From: Rebecca billardiae RCC1528
Lineage: Eukaryota; Protista; Haptophyta
Reading direction: 5' to 3'
DNA length: 64,000 nt
NCBI GenBank assembly: GCA_965240325.2
Contig: OZ251230.1
Span: 1,364,001 to 1,428,000 of the forward strand
Part shown: positions 42,044 to 52,602 of the stretch, in pieces
Numbering within the stretch: position 1 is the stretch's first letter
Layout of the letters: every line of letters begins with the position of its first letter
Notes under the pieces: model-generated
Told to the model about the DNA's origin: nothing
Databases searched by the model: none
The model's input: the letters and a program-made list of their open reading frames with translations, nothing else
Made by a program: the position numbers and the translations under genes

Positions 42044-45000
42044 ATGCCCCGGCCGCCGGCGTGCGGTGTGGACGAGTCGTGCGCGGTGCGCCGGGCGCTC
42101 ATCCGAATCGTCGAGTGGCCCTGGTTCGATCGGGCGATCATCGCGCTCATCCTGGCCAACTCGGCGGCGGCGGCGGCGCTGCCGCCGCCCGCGGCGGGCA
42201 TTCCGACGCCCGCGTGGATCGATCAGCTCACATTCATCTCGCAGCTGGTCTTCACGGTGGAGCTCGGGCTGCGCGGCTTTGCGAGCTCCCTCCGCTCGTA
42301 CGTGCGCGACCCGTGGAACATCTTCGACTTCACCGTCGTCTTTGCGCTCTGGCTGCCGTACTTGATCCCTGGGATGGACAACCTGGTCGCGATCCGCTGC
42401 GTGCGCGCGCTGCGCCCGCTGCGCACGATCAACCGGATGCGCTCGATCCGCACGCTGTGCGAGACGATGGTCCGCGCCTCGCGCGGCCTCGCGTCCGTCC
42501 TGGCGCTCTGCGCCTTCATCTTCACCATCTTCTCGATCCTGGGCATGCAGCTGTTTGGCGGCACGCTGCGCGGCCGGTGCGCCGCGTCCGCGGCCGAGGT
42601 GGCGGACGTGCGCCACGCGGACGACGCGCCGATGTGCTGGCCGGAACACGAGCGGCCGGGCGGGTGCCCGCCGGGGCAGCACTGCATCGACGTCGGTTCC
42701 AACCCGCTCGGCGGCGCGATCGGCTTCGACTCGTTCGGGCGCGCGCTGTGGACGGTGTTCATGTCGGTCACGCTCGAGGGCTGGTCTGCGGTCATGTACC
42801 TGGAGATGGAGGCGTTCGGCCCATGGGCGAGCGTGTACTTCGTCGCGTTGGTCGTGCTGGGCTCGTTTGTGGTGCTCAACCTCTTCCTCGTGATCATCCA
42901 CGACCAGTTTGTGCCGTCCGACAGCAAGCGCTCGCCGAAGAAGCAAGGCCCCGAGCCGCAGCGGCGCCGCTCGAGCGCGGTGCGGATGGCCGTGGCGCAG
43001 CGCGTCAGCGCGGTGGCGCCGGGCCTGCCCTTCCAGCAGGTGATGACCGGGCTCGTCGTGGCGAACACCGCGTGCATGTGCCTCTACTACTACGGCATGC
43101 CCGTCGCGCTCGAGCACGCCCTCGAGATCGCCAACCTCGTGTTCGTGGGCGCGTTCAGCCTCGAGATGTGCGTGATGGTGTACGCCCTCGGGCCGCGCGG
43201 CTACGTGCACGACCCGATGAACGTGCTGGACGGGACGATCGTGCTCGTCTCGCTGCTGGAGATCATCGCGGCGTACGGCCACATCAACATCGGCATCCAC
43301 ATGACCGCGCTGCGCTCGCTGCGCCTCTTCCGCGTCGCCAAGCTGGCGCGCTCGTACCGCGGGCTGCGCAAGGTGGTGCAGATGATGGTGCTCTCAGTCG
43401 CGGAGTTGGGCGGGCTGCTCGTGCTGCTCACGCTGCTGCTCTTCGTGTACGCGCTGCTCGGCGAGCAGATCTTCGGGCTGCGGTACAGCGCGGCCGCGGG
43501 CTTCACCGAGAACCCGCGCGCCAACTTCGACAGCCTCCCCTTTGCGCTCATCTCGACGTTCATCGCGCTCACGGGCGAGAACTGGACCGACATGTATGTC
43601 GACGCGTATCGGGTGGCGCCCGTGTCGGCGACCGCCTTCTTCGGCACGATCATCGTGGTGGGCAACTTCGTGGTGATCAACCTGGTGATCACCATCCTCA
43701 TCTCCAACGTGCAGCGCGTGAGTGACGAGGAGCGCTCGGAGCACAGCAAGCGAAAGAGCGCCGCCAGCCCCATGTTTGCGCTGGCGGAGGAGGCGCCGGC
43801 GGAGGCGGAGGCGGCGAGGGCGGCGGAGGCGGAGGCGGCGGAGGCGCAGGCGCGCAGGCACGACGCGGTCGCGGTCGTCGGCTCGCTGCTCCGCGCCGGC
43901 CGCGAGGACGAGGCGGCAGCCCCGCGCTCGCCACACGCGCCCGAGCTCGCCGACCAGCCGTCGCTGGGCGGCCACTCGACCGCGTCCGCCGAGTCGGACG
44001 AGTCCGGGCTGCTCGGGCGCGGCGGCGAGGGCGGCGTGCGCGGCGCGTGGCGCGCGGCGCTGCGGCTGCGCGCGCGCGCGCACCGCGTAGTCGAGTCGGC
44101 GCGGTTCGAGCAGTGCATGCTCGCGCTGATCGTCGCGTCGGCGGTGGTGATTCTGCTCGAGCCCCTCGACACCGAGGCCGCGGCGCTCCGGCCCGCGTGG
44201 CAGCTGCGCACGCTCGACGCGCTCGACCTCGCCGTCACGCTCGCGTTCACCGCCGAGCTGCTGCTCAAGCACTTTGCGCTCGGCGTGCACGCGTACTGGG
44301 CGTCGTCGTGGAACCGGCTGGACGGCGCGATCGTGCTGCTCTCCGTTGCCGCGCTCTTCGGCGGCGACGAGGGCAGCGGCGAGGTCTTCAAGTGCCTACG
44401 GCTCGCGCGGCTGCTCCGGCCGCTCCGGCTGATCACGCACCACTCGGGCATGAAGCTGATCGTGAACGCGCTGCTGCTGACGCTGCCGATGGTCCTCAAC
44501 GTGTGCATCGTCTGCGTGCTCTTCCTCGTGATCTTCGGGATCCTCGGCGTGTCGTGCTTCGGCGGGATGTTCGCCGAGTGCAACGACCCGAGCGTGCGCA
44601 CCGAGGGCGCGTGCGTCGGCACGTTCAGCCCAGCCGACGGCCCGGCGGGCGAGCTCGTGCCGCGCGCGTGGCGCAACCCGCCGCTCGGCAGCTTCGACAA
44701 CCTGCTCTCCGCCTCGCTGCTCCTCTTCGAGCTTTCCAGCCTCGAGGGCTGGCCCACCGCGATGTTCCGCGGGATCGACGCCGTCGCGCCGGGCGTCGCG
44801 CCCGAGCGCGACGCCAACCCCGCCGCGGCGCTCTACTTTGTCACGTGGACCCTCGTCGGCGCTCTGTTCGTGAGGAATTTATTTATCGGCGTGATCGTCG
44901 ACACGTTCAACTCGATCAAGCAGGAGCAGGACGGGCTGCTGCTGATGACGCCGGAGCAGCAGCAGTGGGTGCTCGCGAACCAGCTGATGGTGCGGGCGAA

Positions 45001-47614
45001 CGCGATCCAGCGCGCCGCGCGGCCCGCGTGGGCCCCCGCCCAGCAGCTGTACGACCTCGTGACCTCGGCGCGCTTCGAGCGCGCGATCGGCCTCACGATT
45101 CTGCTCAACACGCTCTGCATGGCCGCGGACGGGTACGGGAGCCCGGCGTGGCTCGAGGCGGCCCTCGGCGTCGCCAACGTGGTCTTTGTGCTCGTCTTCA
45201 CCTCGGAGGCCGCAGCCAAGCTCGTCGCCTTCACCCCCGCCAAGTACTTTGCCGACCGGTGGAACAGCTTTGACTTTGTGATTGTCGTCGGCTCGCTCGT
45301 CGACTTGAGCGTCTCGGGCGCGCTCGGCGCGATGGCGGACGGCTCGCCGCTGCCCGACGCGGCGGGCGAGGGCGGCTCGGACGCGGCCGAGGGCGGCTCC
45401 GAGCTGCCGATCTCGCCGACCGTGCTCCGCGTGCTTCGCCTCTTCCGCGTCGCGCGCATCGCGCGCATCGCGCACTCCACCGCCGAGGTGCGCCTGCTGC
45501 TCGTGACGCTGAACAAGGCGCTCCCGTCTCTGTCCAACGTGGTCGCGCTGCTGCTGCTGCTGCTCTTCGTGTGCGCGGTGATCGGGATGCACCTCTTCTT
45601 CCGCATCACGGACGGCGACCTGCTCGACGACCACACCAACTTCGGCACGTTTGGCGGCTCGCTGCTCACTCTCTTCCGCAGCGCGACGGGCGAGGACTGG
45701 AACGCGATCATGCACGACCTGATGGCGGGCGAGAACTGCGCGGAGGACGCGGCCGCGCGCTTCCACGGCTGCGCGCGCTGGGCGGCGATCCCCTTCTTCG
45801 TGGCGTACACGCTCATCTCGACGTTCGTGATGCTCAACCTGCTCATCGCCATCGTCCTCGACCAGTTTGCCGAGGGGCGGCAGCGCCAGCGCGCGTCCTA
45901 CGAGAACCCGTCCTCCGTGGGCGAGTGGCACATCGACGCGTTCAGAGACGCGTGGGCGCAGCACGACCCGGACGCGCGGCAGCGCATCCTCGTGACGAGC
46001 ATGCCCAGCCTGCTCGGAGCGATCCCGCACCCGCTCGGGCTGCAGGGGACGCGCTCGTACACGCCGCGCGCCGACACGATGCGCATGATCAAGAGGCTCA
46101 ACATCACTGTGTACCACACGGAGGCGCGGCCGGGCGGCGTGATCGGGCGCGCGCGGCTGCTCTCGCGCAGGCTGTCCCAGGCGGTTGTCTCGGCGCCTGT
46201 CGTGCGGCTCGCCGCGCTGCGCGACTTGGACGCAGCCGCCGCCGCGCCGGCACGCGCCGCGGCGACGTCCGATGCGCAGCCGGGTGTGGAGCTCGCGCAC
46301 GCGGACTCGGGCTCCGCCTCGGCGCGCCGCCGCCGCCTGCTGCCGGGGAAGCTCATTCCCGGCGCGCTCCGGCGCGGCCCGCGCCAGCCCTCGGCGCCGG
46401 TCTCCGCCGACTGGGTCACCTACCACGACGTGCTCGAGGCGCTGATCGCCGACGCGTTCCGCGCGGTGGCGGTGACGACGGACGAGCTGGAGGAAGTGTC
46501 GCCGCTCGCGCGCGAGCTGAGCCGGCGCAGGCAGAAGCGGCGGCAGAAGGTGCGGCACATCGTGACGGGCGAGAAGCCGAAGCGCACGCCGCGCACCGCC
46601 GTGCTGAGGAAGCTCGGCTGGGCGCGGCTCGAGGAGAAGGACGCCGAGGGCTCGGCTCTGCCCGAGCTGCCCACCGAGCACATCTCCCGGGCGTACGCGG
46701 CGGCGCAGCTGCAGCGCGCCTACCGCGAGCGCTGCCTGCGCGCAGCAAGCCGGGCCTCGAGCACCATCGCGCCTTCCAGCTCCCCCAGCCGCCGCCCAAG
46801 CCGCGTGGCCGACTTGAGGCACGCGTCGGTGCCGCGCGCGCCCGAGGCGGTGCCGGCGGCGCGATCGGCGTCTGGCGCGGTGGCCGCCGCTCCGACAGCG
46901 GATGACATGAGCGCCGCGATCGCGGCCCTGTCGGCGCCCGCGGCAGCGCCTGCTGCGCACGTGGAGCCCGACACGGCAGAGCCCACGCCCGCGCCTCGGG
47001 CGGCGTGCGCACACTCGAACGCGAGTGACAACAACGTGAGACGGGCGGAGCTCAAGTCGGCAGCGCCCGTGGACGTCGGTGGCGGGAAGATCGCCACCGA
47101 CCAGCCACGCTTGACCCGGCCAGAGGAGCCGAGCGCGCCAGCCGAAGCGGCTACGCCGCCGAGAGGCGCCGAGCTGCACGAGCCATCCGCCGAGGACGCC
47201 GCCCCGGCGGCATCCGGCTGCGCAACGGCCACCAGCTCAGAGCCGGCGTGGACGGAGGGCGCGCACGATTACGACTCGATGTGGTTCCGAGCATGCTCAG
47301 CATCGGCGGAGCGCGAGGCGCGGCGCACAGCTCGTGCATCCACGGCGGCACTTGGCGTGCCGCCGCTGCTGCAGAGCCCACTCGACGAGTCCTCCGGCGC
47401 GGCCGGCCGTCGTCGCCAAACCTTGCCGAACGGCTGCTTCGCCGCTGCTTTGTCCTCGATGGCGACTGCGGCGGCGCCGGCCGCTGGAGAGCAGCGAGCG
47501 CCGCAGCAGCGTGGAAGCGATGATGGCAGCGGCGACGCAGATGGCGCCGCCCGCGATTTTGGCCAGCATCGACGGCCAGGCTGTGCACGAGCAACCACCG
47601 TCCCGATGCTGTAG
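42044..47614 (+). CDS. Four-domain voltage-gated cation channel alpha subunit with EEEE filter (Cav-like); start codon uncertain
   Basis: Four S4 segments (IRCVRALRPLRTINR, LRSLRLFRVAKLAR, FKCLRLARLLRPLRLI, LRVLRLFRVARIAR); pore loops TLEGW, TGENW, SLEGW, TGEDW; post-IVS6 FRDAWAQHDPD; IQ-like AAAQLQRAYR. The first in-frame ATG is at 42044. Confidence 0.92.
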   Translation: MPRPPACGVDESCAVRRALIRIVEWPWFDRAIIALILANSAAAAALPPPAAGIPTPAWIDQLTFISQLVFTVELGLRGFASSLRSYVRDPWNIFDFTVVFALWLPYLIPGMDNLVAIRCVRALRPLRTINRMRSIRTLCETMVRASRGLASVLALCAFIFTIFSILGMQLFGGTLRGRCAASAAEVADVRHADDAPMCWPEHERPGGCPPGQHCIDVGSNPLGGAIGFDSFGRALWTVFMSVTLEGWSAVMYLEMEAFGPWASVYFVALVVLGSFVVLNLFLVIIHDQFVPSDSKRSPKKQGPEPQRRRSSAVRMAVAQRVSAVAPGLPFQQVMTGLVVANTACMCLYYYGMPVALEHALEIANLVFVGAFSLEMCVMVYALGPRGYVHDPMNVLDGTIVLVSLLEIIAAYGHINIGIHMTALRSLRLFRVAKLARSYRGLRKVVQMMVLSVAELGGLLVLLTLLLFVYALLGEQIFGLRYSAAAGFTENPRANFDSLPFALISTFIALTGENWTDMYVDAYRVAPVSATAFFGTIIVVGNFVVINLVITILISNVQRVSDEERSEHSKRKSAASPMFALAEEAPAEAEAARAAEAEAAEAQARRHDAVAVVGSLLRAGREDEAAAPRSPHAPELADQPSLGGHSTASAESDESGLLGRGGEGGVRGAWRAALRLRARAHRVVESARFEQCMLALIVASAVVILLEPLDTEAAALRPAWQLRTLDALDLAVTLAFTAELLLKHFALGVHAYWASSWNRLDGAIVLLSVAALFGGDEGSGEVFKCLRLARLLRPLRLITHHSGMKLIVNALLLTLPMVLNVCIVCVLFLVIFGILGVSCFGGMFAECNDPSVRTEGACVGTFSPADGPAGELVPRAWRNPPLGSFDNLLSASLLLFELSSLEGWPTAMFRGIDAVAPGVAPERDANPAAALYFVTWTLVGALFVRNLFIGVIVDTFNSIKQEQDGLLLMTPEQQQWVLANQLMVRANAIQRAARPAWAPAQQLYDLVTSARFERAIGLTILLNTLCMAADGYGSPAWLEAALGVANVVFVLVFTSEAAAKLVAFTPAKYFADRWNSFDFVIVVGSLVDLSVSGALGAMADGSPLPDAAGEGGSDAAEGGSELPISPTVLRVLRLFRVARIARIAHSTAEVRLLLVTLNKALPSLSNVVALLLLLLFVCAVIGMHLFFRITDGDLLDDHTNFGTFGGSLLTLFRSATGEDWNAIMHDLMAGENCAEDAAARFHGCARWAAIPFFVAYTLISTFVMLNLLIAIVLDQFAEGRQRQRASYENPSSVGEWHIDAFRDAWAQHDPDARQRILVTSMPSLLGAIPHPLGLQGTRSYTPRADTMRMIKRLNITVYHTEARPGGVIGRARLLSRRLSQAVVSAPVVRLAALRDLDAAAAAPARAAATSDAQPGVELAHADSGSASARRRRLLPGKLIPGALRRGPRQPSAPVSADWVTYHDVLEALIADAFRAVAVTTDELEEVSPLARELSRRRQKRRQKVRHIVTGEKPKRTPRTAVLRKLGWARLEEKDAEGSALPELPTEHISRAYAAAQLQRAYRERCLRAASRASSTIAPSSSPSRRPSRVADLRHASVPRAPEAVPAARSASGAVAAAPTADDMSAAIAALSAPAAAPAAHVEPDTAEPTPAPRAACAHSNASDNNVRRAELKSAAPVDVGGGKIATDQPRLTRPEEPSAPAEAATPPRGAELHEPSAEDAAPAASGCATATSSEPAWTEGAHDYDSMWFRACSASAEREARRTARASTAALGVPPLLQSPLDESSGAAGRRRQTLPNGCFAAALSSMATAAAPAAGEQRAPQQRGSDDGSGDADGAARDFGQHRRPGCARATTVPML

Positions 47615-47802
47615 CTTACTCATCGTCGCGACGCGATGCATTTCAGACGCGATGCTGATAGCTCGCAGGTCAATCATCAGTCGTGTTAGTGATGTCGCTC
47701 AACGTACGGCCCGACACCCGTCGGTGACGACGATCAACAGACATTACGCGGATGCCACGACGCGACGGCATGAGAAGAGTCAGAGAGTATATAGACGACT
47801 AA

Positions 47803-47864
47803 AGAGAGAGCGAGAGACGAGAGAGACGAGTCACGAGAGAGAGAGACGAGAGTCAGAGAGAGAG

Positions 47865-47914
<50 letters not shown>
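47803..47914. repeat. (GA)n microsatellite
   Basis: Directly visible. Confidence 0.95.
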
Positions 47915-47917
<3 letters not shown>

Positions 47918-48444
47918 TGCGCACGATTATACATACCGCCATTGCTACTACATTATTAGAGTAACTACTATAGTTATACGCGTTATGCGCATAATGACAC
48001 TGCCGGCCGCGGCATTGTTGCGCGCGGCCCCGGCCACTGCTAGGCTGCTTACAAGTTACAGTCTGCGTCGACGGCTGCTCTGCTAGCTTAAGACGTAGCT
48101 ATAGTTCGTCCGAGAGTTCTACTAGCAGCGGGTGCGCCCGTCGCACTGGCTGGCGAGTGGCGGGTCAGCGCGCTGCCAGCGGCGGTGCGGTCCGGCGGCC
48201 GGCGCGGACCGTCTGTCTGGCCTGCGCCTGTTGAGCCTGTCCGGGACCGGGCCGCCGTGAGAGGCGAGAGACTGAGAGAGTCGATCACCTCATCAGAGAA
48301 TCGGGCACTCATTGTGAAGTCATCAGACTCAGTCGTAGTATAGCCGCGTAACTTAGCTAGGCCGAAGTCAACTACCCGCTGCAGCGGCATGAACGATTTT
48401 CACAGGATGCGATCCGCAGAATTTAGAAGACCAAATGTTGTCGG

Positions 48445-48987
48445 CTAGCACAATTCTGCCTCGCCGCGGAGGTATTCACCGATGTCTGCCTGGTGGAAGG
48501 CGACGATGCCAGTTGGCTCGAGCTTTCGGCATTGCGCAGTGGACTGCGCAGTCACGCCGAAGCCCAGCGGCACGTCGGCCATGTTGAACACCACCACGCC
48601 CTGATACTGCGGCGTGTCCTCCGTGATCCTGCCCAAGCCCGCCTTCAGCACGTGGTTGCCGTACAGGTACGACTGCTCGGAGGACGGCTTGAGCCACACC
48701 TTGTACTGCGCGTGTTTGGCGATGTGGTCGAGGCAGGTGACATGCAACCGGAACTTGCCGGTCTTCGTGAACTTGCCGAAGCACGTGCCCACGCACACGA
48801 GGTTGTCCCGCGGTACAGACATTGCCAACTTGAGCAGATCGACGCTCATGTAGTATACGCGGTCGTTGTGCAGCCGGAAGCACCAGTCGCCGTCCGGCCG
48901 TTCGAGCAGGAGGCGCACGTTCTCGCCGATAAACTTGGCGAGCTTCTCGAAGAACGCCTTCATCTCATCCTCCGTCAGCGGCCGCAT
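48445..48987 (-). CDS. NIP7: 60S ribosome subunit biogenesis protein NIP7
   Basis: [21 protein letters not shown]...[10 protein letters not shown]...[21 protein letters not shown]...[15 protein letters not shown]...[11 protein letters not shown]; 180 aa. Confidence 0.97.
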   Translation of the reverse strand: MRPLTEDEMKAFFEKLAKFIGENVRLLLERPDGDWCFRLHNDRVYYMSVDLLKLAMSVPRDNLVCVGTCFGKFTKTGKFRLHVTCLDHIAKHAQYKVWLKPSSEQSYLYGNHVLKAGLGRITEDTPQYQGVVVFNMADVPLGFGVTAQSTAQCRKLEPTGIVAFHQADIGEYLRGEAELC

Positions 48988-49213
48988 CGCAGCCACGGGC
49001 CAGCCAAGCTGCACGATGCCGCGCGCAGCGGACCGTGTCTGTGGACGTCGTCGTCACCGGACATAAAGAAAAGGCCCGGATTCCCACCGGCACCGCCGGA
49101 CGTGAAACGGCCGAGCCGCTCCACCCCAAACACGCGCGGGGTGCGCGACCCAGCCAGGACGCCCCGTCCCACCCAGCCCTTGAAGGCGCGACTGCGCGTC
49201 CTCGCCCCAGAGC

Positions 49214-50773
49214 ATGCAGGCTGTGGGCGATGCCCTCGACCGATACTTCCATGTGTCTGAGCGCGGCTCGACGCTGATGACCGAGCTCCGCGCGGGCACG
49301 GTCACGTTCATGACGATGGCGTACATCTTGCTTGTCAACCCGACAATCCTGGGCGGCGCGGGCATGCCTTTCCGCCCCGTCGCATCGGCGACAGCACTCA
49401 CCGCGATCGTGGGCTCTGCGTTTGTCGGTATCTTCGCAAACTTGCCGTTCGGTCTGATGCCCGGCATGGGCCTCAACGCGTACTTTGCGTATGGAGTGTG
49501 CGTCGCGCGTAACATGTCGTACGGCCTGGCTCTCACGACGGTGCTGGTTGAAGGCGTGGTGTTCGCGCTGCTCACCGTGTGCGGTGCGTCCAACTTCATT
49601 CAGGGCGTGATGCCGCACAATCTCAAGCATGCCATCACCGTGGGCATCGGCCTCTTCCAGGCCTTCATCGGCTTTCGCATGACGGGATTGGTCGTGCCCA
49701 ACACCGAGACACTGGTGACGCTCGGCAACGTGACGAGCGTCGAGGTGCTGCTCGGCGTCTCGACGACGCTGCTCGTCGCCGTCCTCACGGTGAAGCAGGT
49801 GCAAGGCGCCATGCTCATCGGCATGCTCTCGTCCGCATGCGTCTCGTGGATCAGCGGACTGCATCCGCTCCCCACGAGTGTGGTTGAGCTTCCCACGCTT
49901 GACGGCACGTTCAATCGAATCGTCCTTGGCGAGTATGTGCAGCGCTGGCAGGAGACGGTGCCGCTCACGCTCGCGTTCCTCTTTGTCGCGGTCTTCGACA
50001 CGGCGGGCGTGCAGTTCGGCGCGGGGCTGCAGGCCGGGCTGATCAACCCAAAGACGCACCAGCTGCCCGGCTCGCAGGCCTCGTTCCTGGGCTCGGCGTT
50101 CGCCACCATCCTCGGAGCCTTCACGGGCAGCTCCCCGATCATCATCGCCAACGAGACGTGCGCGGGCGTGGCGGACGGCGGGCGCACGGGACTCACGGCC
50201 CTAGTCATCTCAGGCTACTTCTTCGTCGCCGCGTTCTTCATACCGGTCTTCTCTGCCGTGCCACCCACCGCGACGGCACCCGCGCTCATCATCGTCGGTG
50301 CGTGCCGTCTCGTGCCTCGCGCTCGACCCGCGGTCCGCCTTGCCCGTGCTCACCGCGCCGCCCGCGCCACCTCCCCCGTCCCCGCAGGCGCGCTCATGAT
50401 GAGCGCCTCCGGTGCGATGAACTGGCGTGACTTCAATGAGTCCTTCCCTGCGTACCTCACGATCTCGATGATGCCTCTCACATATTCGATCGCAAATGGA
50501 GTCGTGGCAGGCCTGCTGTCGCACGTGGTCCTCGGCTTTCTCACCAGCCCATGGTGGCACCCGCTCGCCGTGCGCGCGGGCTGGCTCCACCCGAGCAAGC
50601 TGCCGCCCGCAACCACGCCAGGGAGCGCGCACGAAAGCGTCGCAGCCTCGCCACACGCCGTGTGCCGCCCCGCGCTCCAGCCGCACTCCTCGGCATCCGA
50701 GGAGCACCTGCCCACGACGCTCCGTCCGAGCCCAGGCGCAACGATGAGTCAGCCGCTGCTGCCATCGCGCTAG
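49214..50773 (+). CDS. AzgA-family (NCS2) adenine/guanine/hypoxanthine permease; intron 50298-50387
   Basis: ERGSTLMTELRAGTVTFMTMAYIL, PGMGLNAYF, GIGLF, FDTAG, GGRTGLTA, PALIIVG|ALMM, MPLTYSIANG. Confidence 0.92.
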   Translation: MQAVGDALDRYFHVSERGSTLMTELRAGTVTFMTMAYILLVNPTILGGAGMPFRPVASATALTAIVGSAFVGIFANLPFGLMPGMGLNAYFAYGVCVARNMSYGLALTTVLVEGVVFALLTVCGASNFIQGVMPHNLKHAITVGIGLFQAFIGFRMTGLVVPNTETLVTLGNVTSVEVLLGVSTTLLVAVLTVKQVQGAMLIGMLSSACVSWISGLHPLPTSVVELPTLDGTFNRIVLGEYVQRWQETVPLTLAFLFVAVFDTAGVQFGAGLQAGLINPKTHQLPGSQASFLGSAFATILGAFTGSSPIIIANETCAGVADGGRTGLTALVISGYFFVAAFFIPVFSAVPPTATAPALIIVGACRLVPRARPAVRLARAHRAARATSPVPAGALMMSASGAMNWRDFNESFPAYLTISMMPLTYSIANGVVAGLLSHVVLGFLTSPWWHPLAVRAGWLHPSKLPPATTPGSAHESVAASPHAVCRPALQPHSSASEEHLPTTLRPSPGATMSQPLLPSR

Positions 50774-51698
50774 CGACGGGACTGTGTGGCCGCCGCCAAG
50801 TTCCCACAGCAGGAGTTCGATCGGCGGTCGTCCACGCCACTCGCCGCATCACGGCGCGCGCGGGCCGGGTGACAAATGAGTCGTCGGAATAATCGTCAGC
50901 CCTGGACCCGGTAGTAAGTAGTAACGGATGCGTCACCCGCAGCGTCGGCGGTACGTCGCCCACGATTACTGCATATTCGTAATTCGACTGATGATGAGAC
51001 TCAGACTGAGACGAGGCTCGGCAGTGGCGGCAGTCATGCAGTCATCAGTCATGCACGGTCTGAGGTATAGTAATTACAGACACCAGGACCAACAGTAGTG
51101 ATTACGACTATACGCCAAGCCCTTTGCATCGGACGTCTGACTAGTGACGACTAGCTAGCTCCTGAATCTTACCGCTGTACACGTTATTACGACGGTAGTG
51201 CGACTCTGTCACTCTGTCAAGCTGTCGGATGTCGGGATGACTTGACTCGTGAGCGTCGGGCCGGTTACTGGCTGAGGCTAAGCTGCCCGGGACGCCGCAC
51301 TACTACTACAGCCTTCAAACTCAACAGTGTGCCTCGTCCGAGTCCGAACTGAAATTACGACGTAGCTAGTCTTACGCGATGTTCACTGACCAGCAGTGAC
51401 CACGCCAGCAGTGCCATTGACTACCGTAGTAACTAACTACAGTCTACATCACTTTCACATATTACGTGGCCCGGTGGTCGGTGGCCGTCGCTGACCGTCT
51501 GACGACTCCGGGCTTGGCACTGCACGACGAACTACGAAGCTGCCTATAGTCCCGCTCACCGTTCGCCACAGCAATACTCGTCACTGACACTAGTCACTCA
51601 CACGCTGCTATATAGGCACTCTGTAGTAGCTTAGTAGTAACTAGCTGCTTATTAGTGGCAACTCAAGTGAGGCACGTACGGCTACCGGATCGCTAGAG

Positions 51699-52370
51699 CA
51701 GGATCACTAGTCAGGCTGGCCCACCTCATCATTACAACGGTGTCGTGGGTCGTAGGACTAGGAGTCACGTGCCGGCGGTAGTCGTGCCGTCGTGCGGCGT
51801 GCTGCGGCCACGCCGCGGGCCTCGGGCTCGTGTAAGTGTAGTTGCTGTGCAGCCGTAAAAAGTGCCGTGACAGCCGGCACAGCGCGGCCCGTTGAGCCTC
51901 GGCTGCCGAGTGCCGCGTAAAGCTAGTGACACAGACACAGAGAGATCTGCTGAAGACGTAGTCGATCTCAAGAGAGACAGCAGACTTGTTACTGACACTG
52001 AGAGAGAGAGACGAGTCTCGCTATACTCTATAGCAGCCAGCAAGTCACAGGATCACTCAGAATCACCGCCGGGCTGGCCCACTTCATAATTATGCAACGG
52101 TGTAGGCTGTAGCCTGTAGGTCGTAGTCTCTCTGACTAGGAGTCACGCGCGTGCCGGCGGTAGTCGTGCCGCCGTCGTGCGGCGTGCTGCGGCCACGCCG
52201 CGGGCATCGGGCTCGTGTAAGTGTTCCTGTGCAGCCGTAAAGATTAAGAGTGCCGTGACAGTCACTGACAGCCACAGCGCGGCCCGTTGAGCCTCGGCCG
52301 CCGAGTGCCGCGTAGTGACACAGACACAGAGAGATCTGCTGAAGACCTCGATCTCAAGAGAGAGAGAGAG
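51699..52370. repeat. Diverged tandem duplication (51699-51980 and 52048-52370)
   Basis: caggatcact...gtgccggcggtagtcgtgccg...gtgacacagacacagagagatctgctgaagac...gatctcaagagaga occurs twice. Confidence 0.9.
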
Positions 52371-52602
52371 TCTCAGTGAGAGTCGGGCCGCCGCGAGGCG
52401 TAAGCAGGGTCACTCGGGAGTGCGGCGTGTCGAATTCCGTGACCGGCGCCGATTCAACGGGCAGAGCGCGCGCACGGCACCGGCGCATCGCCATGGGCGG
52501 ACTGCCCGTCCTCGCCCCCCCCCCCCCCCCCCGCCCCCCCCCCGCCCCCCCCTCCACGCGCGGCCACGCCCCCTGAGCCCACTTTCGCCCATTGCGGACC
52601 AC

